Source: Octopus vulgaris (Eukaryota). From it: DNA of 62,000 nt. The stretch lies in the NCBI GenBank assembly GCA_951406725.2, contig OX597821.1:102196001-102258000 (forward strand), given 5' to 3'. The number at the start of each line of letters is the position of its first letter. The first letter of the stretch is position 1. A program made the translations under genes and the position numbers. Positions 54,340-62,000 of this stretch are shown piece by piece. The notes below the pieces were generated by a model. It made no database searches, was not told where the DNA came from, and worked only from the letters and a program-made list of their open reading frames with translations.

Positions 54340-54408
54340 TGATCCGCCCGCGGACCTTTTTCTTTGGAAATCTTTGCCCGCCGCACTGAAAGGTTTCCCC
54401 ACCCCTGC
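54340..54408 (-). mobile_element. Possible hAT-like element end
   Basis: Minus strand CAGGGGTGGGGAAACC followed by a cccgcgg subterminal motif; the partner end was not found. Confidence 0.35.
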
Positions 54409-54898
54409 TGTAGAACATTGTCATTTTATAAGGTTTTACTGGCAAATTCTTAAATTGACATAAGCATTCATTTACATGAAAGAAAATTATCGGAGAACTT
54501 TCATCTAATTCTTCCAAATCTTTCTGTCAAAACTGTATTAAAACCATTCGTTGGGAATCTTTTTATCACACACCACAAGGTTTAACGGAACCTACTGAAG
54601 CAAGCCAGCACGCTCGCAGCATTACCACGGGCGATGGCGAGGCTAAGGCGTTTAGAAAGCCAAGTGACCTCGTGGGAATCACCTGACGCATCGGTTGGGC
54701 GAGCTGCCAACGTTGATAATAACTTTGCGATTAGTGGCCCTGTCCCTCCGCCACAGGTTGGAAACCAAATGACCAAATGCGCTCGCAGTTTTTCCACAAT
54801 AAATTGCTAGGAACACAAGGCAGGGCACACAAACAGATGACCTGTACAATGAAAGACTGTTAGGACAGATGAGAGACAATTTGTTGCTGCAACTGGAA

Positions 54899-55312
54899 GC
54901 ACTCCGTCGGTTACGACGAGGGTTCCGGTTGATCCGATCAACGATCAACGACGACGAGGGTTCCAGTTGATCCGATCAACGGAACAGCCTGCTCGTGAAA
55001 TTAACGTGTAAGTGGCTGAGCACTCCACATACACGTGTACCCTTAACGTAGTTCTCGGGGATATTCAGCGTGACAAAGAGAGTGACAAGGCCGGCCCTTT
55101 GAAATACAGGTACAACAGAAACAGGAAGTAAGAGTGAGAGAAAGTTGTGGTGAAAGAGTACAGCAGGGATCACCACCATCCCCTGCCGGAGCCTCGTGGA
55201 GCTTTAGGTGTTTTCGCTCAATAAACACTTACAACGCCTGGTCTGGGAATCGAAACCGCGATCCTACGACCGCGAGTCCGCTGCCCTAACCACTGGGCCA
55301 TTGCGCCTCCAC
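54899..55312 (-). mobile_element. tRNA-derived SINE family D
   Basis: GTGGAGGCGCAATGGCCCAGTGGTTAGGGCAGCGGACTCGCGG..GGTTTCGATTCCC head; short tandem duplication near its 3' end; decayed copy at about 56555-56810. Confidence 0.85.
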
Positions 55313-55896
55313 GGTTGCTGCAACAAGCTTCAGGTAACACAATATCACTGTCACTACAAGAAAAATAACCCTAAATTTCTGACCCTCACACTGGTTCTCT
55401 TGACTTGCTTGAAAATAGCAGCCAAATCATCATATCGCACTATATTGTAAAGCGTATCTATGTGTGTGTATGCACGTGTGTGTTTGTGATGAACTGGAAG
55501 AAATGGGGCTCAGCATCACATAGGTGGATAAATATTCTTTTAATAGAGATCAATGGTCCGACACCAAAGGTTTCGTGAGAAAATATTTGCAGTTATTCAT
55601 TCGTTCAAAGAATGTTTGTCAACTGCCATTTAAATGGTGAGAATGCGACACTATATTTTGTAAAATTACGGCAGAGATGTTAGCAACCACAAACTAGGAC
55701 TGAAGAAAGTAAATAGTTATGAAGGGAGATAACCTTTCGCTGACTACAGCATTGGTTGTTTCCCTTTACTACAAGAATGGATTATGTCATCATGCTGAGG
55801 TAAACATTAAAATTTACTAGTGTAGGATCACTCGTTACTGGAATATACGACAACGCTGAAAGAAGGCGACTTAACAGAATAATGAATTACTTTATT

Positions 55897-56299
55897 GGGA
55901 TCTTTTCGGTTTTTTAAAAATAATCTTCACGTAACTAAACACTTTTAAACTTCGTATACTGGTAGAATGTGTTTATAAAACATCTTTTTCTCTTGGCTTT
56001 ATTGAGAAAATTCTATAGTTTGTAAGATTTCTTCGATTTCTGCAATTTCAACCAATCAATGACGTCTATTTGAGGTGAAAACATTCTGTGCCGTATGAAT
56101 ATGTCCCTCGTTTAAGAAACAGATTGGGTTTATTTACATTTCTGAAGAAAAAAAGATACCCTTCCTCCACCTTTAACCCTAACTAACCCTAACCCTAAAA
56201 CAGATTGAAATGCAATAGATCGATACTAGGGTCATAATTATGAGTGACAATTTCATATGACACCACTAGAAAAACTGCCGTTCAAACCGAAAAGATCCC
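55897..56299. mobile_element. MITE with perfect 16-bp TIRs
   Basis: GGGATCTTTTCGGTTT (55897-55912) and AAACCGAAAAGATCCC (56284-56299), flanked by TTTATT on both sides. Confidence 0.85.
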
Positions 56300-58054
56300 T
56301 TTATTGACCTTAAGTGAAGGAGTTATGAAAGAAAAAAGTTTGGAAAACAATGACCATATTGGTGAAATTACACTTGATATTGTTATTGTTTTGTTGATTC
56401 TGAGGAATAGCGAAGGCATTATGAACCTGGACAACCCACACCATCTTATACTCGCAGTCTGCATTGGACTTGGATATGCTATGGATGAGTGAATAGCTGG
56501 AGGCAGTGAAGGGGAAAAAGGGGGCTGGTAATATCCAGACAGATGAAAACTGGCACTCTGCCAGTTATGATGATGAAGGTTCCAGTTGATACGTGTACCC
56601 TTAACATAGTTTCCAGGGAGATTCAGTGTGACACAGAATGTAACAGGACTGGCCCTTTGAATTACAGGTACAACTCAATTTTGCCAGCTGAGCAGACTGG
56701 AGCAATGTGAAATAAATTGTGTTGTTCAAGGACATGATGCACCACAGGGTATTGAACTTACGACCTTAAAATCATGAACCAAACACCTCAAACCCCTAAG
56801 CCACATACCTTCACTGCTAAAACAGATACTGAGCAGAAGATATGGCTGTCCAACCTTGAAGCAAGTTTCACTAACTTCTGGCCAGTGTCATAAAGATGAT
56901 GCTGCAGATGAATCCCATACATGAATAAATGGCAGCATCAGGTTCATTAAGATGTCCTGACTGGAGATAGCATGGTTTGTGTCTCAGTGGAAAGAGAAAT
57001 TTCAGATGAGCAAAGCAGTTCTTCAACAGAAAAAAGTTTTAATGAGAATCAATCCAATGCAATCTGTCGGTCATCTTTGTCAGGTTTTCTTGTTTGGATT
57101 CCAGGTACTTTTAGACAGCGTTCAAATAAATCAGTAAGCTGAGAATATAGATATCATCCCTTGTTATCAGTTGCAGCTCAATCAAGACAGATCAAATACT
57201 GTTTACATCAGTAAAATGGCTTCTCTCATAAGTTGTATGTATCACTTCAGAGTAAATATGAGCAGGTTTTCTTGAATCCAAAAGGCAATGGAGCTGGAAT
57301 ACTGTTGTGGAGGTTATCTGTGACAGACTCATCTGGACTGCCCAGTGTTGTATCATTCAAGTACCACACATTGAACATTTCTCCATTCCAAATTTTGTCA
57401 TTCCTCATATCCATTACACAGACAACATTCATTTTAGCCATAAAACAGTTGACTGATAGACATAGGTAATATACCAGTGCCACATAAATAGCACCTGTAC
57501 TCCTTTGTGTATAAAGCACCCATTTTCCATGCTAACACGGGTTGGACAGTTTGGCAGGAGCTGGCTGTGGTGTATGTGAGAGATTCGAAATAAAGGCACC
57601 TACCTTCTCTTTGCTCAGATGGAGACCCTTCAGCGGTAATGGATCCTTCAACACAGCCCGACCCAAACGCTAGAAATAGCAGCTGCTTCACCCAACCTTA
57701 ACAACGTGCTGGCCCGTCTTACTTGCTCGGCGACCACGCTCGAAAGGGCAGAATCCTGCCCTACCTGCGTGCACGTCACTGTTACCCCTTCCAGTCAGCC
57801 CCAAGTTCCGGTCAGCTCCCCAGCTGCTGACGTCATCCCACACTGGCAAAACCAGGAGACACACCAGGTTCCATTGTCTGTTTTGGTTTGGCTTCTACAG
57901 CTGGATGCCTCTCCTAAGGTGAACCACAGGAAAAATGGAAGAAGTTTTTGACGTTTCAAGCTTATGCTCTTCTACAGAAAGGAATGAGAAGAGAAAACAG
58001 ATGGAGAGAGAAAAAAAACATGTCTGGATTAACAGTTGAACATGTTGAGTTGAC

Positions 58055-59700
58055 TCATCATCATCATCATTATTGGTCAATGTCTGCTTTCCATGCTAGC
58101 ATGGGTGGGACGGTTTCACAAGAGCTGGCAAGGCAGAAGGCTGCACCAGACTTCATTTCTCTCCAATCTATGCATGTCTTCTGCATTCAGAGCCCATGTC
58201 TCACTACCATGGAGTATAGCCATATGCACAGGAGCATCATATAGTCTGCCTTTCATCTTGAGAGAGAGTCCTTTTATTGCCAACGGAGGTAATAGCTCTC
58301 TGAACTTCCTCCACCCAATTCTTATTTTAGAAACATTACTGTTAGAACATCCTTCACCATTGCTAATTTGGTCACCTAGGTAACAGAAACTATCTACAAC
58401 CTCAAAAGAGCCTCCTGGGCATTTGAGTGAATCCAAGTCACGTGTGCTGTTTGTGCTTATTGTTCCTGCTCATCTGTTACATACAAAGATGACTTTATCT
58501 GTTAATCTGCCTGTGATTCCACTGCACCTCTTATGTGTCCATAGTTTACACTGGGTGCAGCAAATGGAATTTATTCCAACTCCTTTCCTGCATATTGAGC
58601 AGAGTCATTTACCTGATAGAAGGAGAGTTTTATCATCTTTCTTACAACATCTTTGGTCTTCGCTAAGTTAAACTGAAGGCCCTTTGATTCCAGGTTTTGT
58701 TTCCATACCTAGAATTTCTTCTCAAATTCTGCTAAAGATTCTGCAATAAGAGCAAGGTCATCAGCGTATAGCAGTTCCCATGGGCACCCAGTTTTGATTT
58801 CCTCTGTTATGGCCTGGAGGACACTATAATAGAGTGGGCTGAAAACTGATCCCTAGTAAACCCCTACCTGTACGCTAAATTTATCACTGTATTCATGGCC
58901 GACTCTCACCTTACTGACAGCATCACTTGTACAGCTCTAACAAGCCACTTCTCTACTCTACTCCTAACTTCCTTAGAGACCACCATATAACTGAGCGGAG
59001 AACTCTGTCGAAAGCTTTCTCAAGCTTGACAAAGTCTAAGTACAATGGCTTACTTTTGGCCAAGTACTTTTCCTGCAGCTGTCTCACTAGGAAAATGGCA
59101 TCTGTGGCACTCTTCCCAGGTACAAAACCAAACTGCATCTCATCTAGCTTAATTTTTTTCTAATCAATTGAGCTATAACCCTCTCAGTAACTTTCATGAG
59201 TCAGTCTAGCAATTCAATACCTTTGTAGTTGTTTCTAGCTAAGGTATCACCTTTACCCTTGTAGCAGCAGACTATAATACTACTACACCAGTCATTGGGG
59301 ATGGTGCCTTCCTGAATAACCTGATTAACTATATGGGTGACTAAGCTGTAACCTACTCCACTGGAAATTTGAATCATCTCGGCAGTGATTCCTGTTGGCC
59401 CAGGGGCTTTCTCTGTTTTCATGTCCTTAATTGCCTTATCAATTATGCTGCTATTAACTCTGATGGCTGGTCCCTTGATTGATTTGATATTTGGTAGGCT
59501 CTCCTTCTCCAATTCATTTTCTACATTTAGTAACCTTTTATAGTGACACTTCCATGTATCTTTCTTCTTTGAGTCACTAAATGCAAGCATACAATTATCC
59601 ATTCATACACATTTCTCACCTACCACACCTCTATTTTCTCTGATACATAGTTTTGCAATCCTGAACACTTTATGCCTCTGATCCTCAGGCTGAAGAACAT
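58055..59700 (-). mobile_element. Decayed RTE-clade LINE fragment
   Basis: KAPGPTGITAEM, IPNDW, YKGKGD, QFGFVPGKSATDAIF, EKAFDRV, VDSFCYLGD motifs; same (GAT)n tail near 58060. Confidence 0.9.
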
Positions 59701-61359
59701 TTGCAAATCTCTTACCTTCAGCTACTCATTTTGCCATGTATACCTGATACCTAGCTGCCCTTTTGGCTACCCACCACCACCACCACCACCACCACCACCA
59801 TCACCATTAATGTTATCCAAGGGAAAGGCAAAGGCTGATACAGCTTGGCACCGGTGATGTCACAACTCGTTTCTATAGATGAGTGAACTAGAGTAACATG
59901 AAATAAAGTGACTTGCTCAAGAACACAACACACAGCCTGGTCTGGGAGTTGAGCTCACTACCTCATAATTGCAAGCCTGATGCTATAACCACTGAGCCAT
60001 ACACACACACACACATGTTTGTATATTTGTATATATGTATCTATCTCTCTCTTTCTAGGTATGTATGTATGTATATACACACACACACACACATACACAC
60101 ATGTATATGTGTGTGTGTAGGTGGAGGCATTGCTATGAAGTTAAGAAGTTCACTCTTTAAACTATGTGTTTTGGGGTTCAATCAGTCCTACATAAAACTT
60201 TGGGCAAGTACCTTCTATAGCCCTGGTCCAACCAAAGCCTTGAGAGTAGAATTGGTGATTGGAAACTGAAAGAAGCCTGTTTGTTGTCTTCTTGTCTTGA
60301 TATTGCATGATAGTTGAAAATGAGCATCATCATCATGCAAGCAATATTGCTCATTTCAAATCTTCTATGAAAACATGTTTGTCCATTTGAAAATAGTATC
60401 TTATATGGAATCAAGTGAGGCTTGGTGCACAGGAAGGGCATGTAGCAGGAATCGTTAGCAACCAAACCCAGATCCCCATATCTGATGCCAAAAAGCAACA
60501 AATCAAGAATACGATCGTGTTCGTTAGAATGTTACCAATGTCATCAAAAAGTCAAGCTGTGCTTGAGAAAAAGACCTATCAAGCTGAGCAAAATTGCAGT
60601 CATGGCAAATACAGTGTCACACAAATGGCACCCGTGCTCGTGGCACGTAAAAGCACCCATTACACTCTCAGAGTGGTTGGCATTAGGAAAAGCATCCAGC
60701 CATAGAAAACTGTGACAAATCAGACTGGAGCCTGGCACAGCCTTCCAGCATGCCAGTCCAGTGAAACCATCCAACTCATGCCAGCATGGACAATGGACGT
60801 TAAATGATGATGATGATGATGATAATGATTCCAGACTTCATTTGGAACCAGATTTAACAACAATTTCATCTTTGGTACACTTTTTCTGAGCAAGATCACC
60901 ACTGTGCATTTTAGCCATTACTAACAGACAGCAAACATCAGGCCAGATGCAGAAGACAGTAGGCAGCTGACCAGAGAGCTGTCATAATAAAAACAATAGA
61001 TGGATGGCAACAGCAACACACAATGACCAACTAACATCTTGACAACTACTACTCTCATGCTTAGTCCCAAAACAACCAGCTCCTAACTATCTCAGTGTCT
61101 GTCATTTGTAGTAAGGACAACATTTTCGGTTTATAATAAAAATTGGTATTTTTTAAAATCAGAAATCTCAAACATATTTCAGTGTTCTTTATTGTACCAG
61201 ACACATGGTGATAGAATATCTGCCTCAACAAATTCCATCTGAATCATGCAAGCAGAGTAAAACAGGAGATAAAACGATGATGATATTCATGATGAAGATG
61301 ATGGCCAAGTTAAAAGACCATCATTACTGGTATTTGGTTAAATCCTTTTTGTTCTCTTG

Positions 61360-61610
61360 TTTCATTTGGCATGTGTAAAAAGATTCGAGCGAGGTCATTG
61401 CAAGTACCGCCTGACTGGACCCCATGCCGGTGGCACGTAAAAGCACCCACTACACTCTTGGAGTGGTTGGCGTTAGGAAGGGCATCCAGCTGTAGAAACT
61501 CTGCCAGATCAAGACTGGGGCCTGGTGCAGCCATCTGGTTCGCCAGCCCTCAGTCAAACTGTCCAACCCATGCTAGCATGGAAAGCAGACGTTAAACGAT
61601 GATGATGATA
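61360..61610 (+). mobile_element. RTE 3'-end repeat (family C), representative copy
   Basis: CCCACTACACTC..AGGAAGGGCATCCAGCTGTAGAAAC..GTTAAACGATGATGATG. More than 20 copies in both orientations, e.g. 8030-8285+, 9340-9500-, 11010-11272+, 30645-31200-, 33155-33470-, 34780-35255+, 35845-36090-, 36220-36500-, 36945-37395+, 41960-42345-. Confidence 0.88.
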
Positions 61611-62000
61611 GAATATTTGACCATTCTACAACAGAGATGGGGAACTTTTATAGCTTAACATGTTAAAATTATAATTTCTTTGACAATCACATTATTGAAG
61701 TGACAGTTATCCTGCATCTTTTATTTGTTTCAGCCATTGGACTGTGGCCATGTTGGAGCATCACCTTGAAAAAGTCAAATAAATTGACCCCAGTAAATTT
61801 TTCTATAAGCCTGGTACTTATTCTATTGGTCTGTTTTGCCAAACTGTGAAGTTACAGGGGATATAAACAATCCTACACTGGTTATCAAGTGTGTGTGTGT
61901 GTGTGTGGTGGGGTGCAAACTCAAACACATACATACATACACACACATACATACACACCCACATACAGACACATAATGGGCTTCTACATAGTTTACATCT

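Larger units (their letters stand above)
54565..57470 (-). mobile_element. Fragmented CRE-clade (RLE-type) non-LTR retrotransposon
   Basis: RT WYLNDTTLGSP (YLDD-like), DRLHWIDSH*NFFLLKNCFAHLK, C-terminal WLSKRLSLAIARGNAASVL; pieces are collinear and interrupted by SINEs and a MITE. Confidence 0.75.

Noticed and set aside
55230-55312. tRNA gene
   Set aside because: The tRNA-like head runs straight into a SINE body and lacks a proper acceptor stem and terminator; the same applies at 42683.
56174-56198. Interstitial telomere or fusion scar
   Set aside because: Only about four imperfect units, and they are internal to a MITE.
56244-56492. 82-aa plus-strand ORF as a divergent gene
   Set aside because: It spans a MITE end and the antisense strand of a CRE fragment.

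Overview
This is AT-rich, intron-rich animal genomic DNA, not prokaryotic. The SINE, RTE and microsatellite landscape is what I associate with Octopus (inference). The supplied ORF track is mostly noise from microsatellites and repeats. Two spliced genes can be rebuilt by hand and lie tail-to-tail. (1) A 15-exon minus-strand gene (53154 to 29258, 3345 nt CDS, 1114 aa) has phase-consistent GT-AG junctions, and several blocks match my recollection of human GEMIN4 (SMN complex). (2) A 2-exon plus-strand gene (18001-20770, 218 aa) encodes an unrecognised Pro/Ser-rich protein with one C-terminal transmembrane helix. The rest is intronic or intergenic: tRNA-derived SINEs, RTE LINE fragments and their (GAT)n-tailed 3' ends, a fragmented CRE-clade retrotransposon, Penelope-like remnants, Helentron/HINE-like ends, MITEs, and a 1.8 kb TA/TG microsatellite nested inside a split SINE. 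All homology calls are from memory of family motifs; no search was run. Repeat boundaries are approximate unless a TIR or TSD is quoted. I found no convincing new biological system. The best leads are the orphan membrane protein, the intron-rich Gemin4, inverted repeats around Gemin4 exons, the CRE element and a local 464 bp templated duplication.
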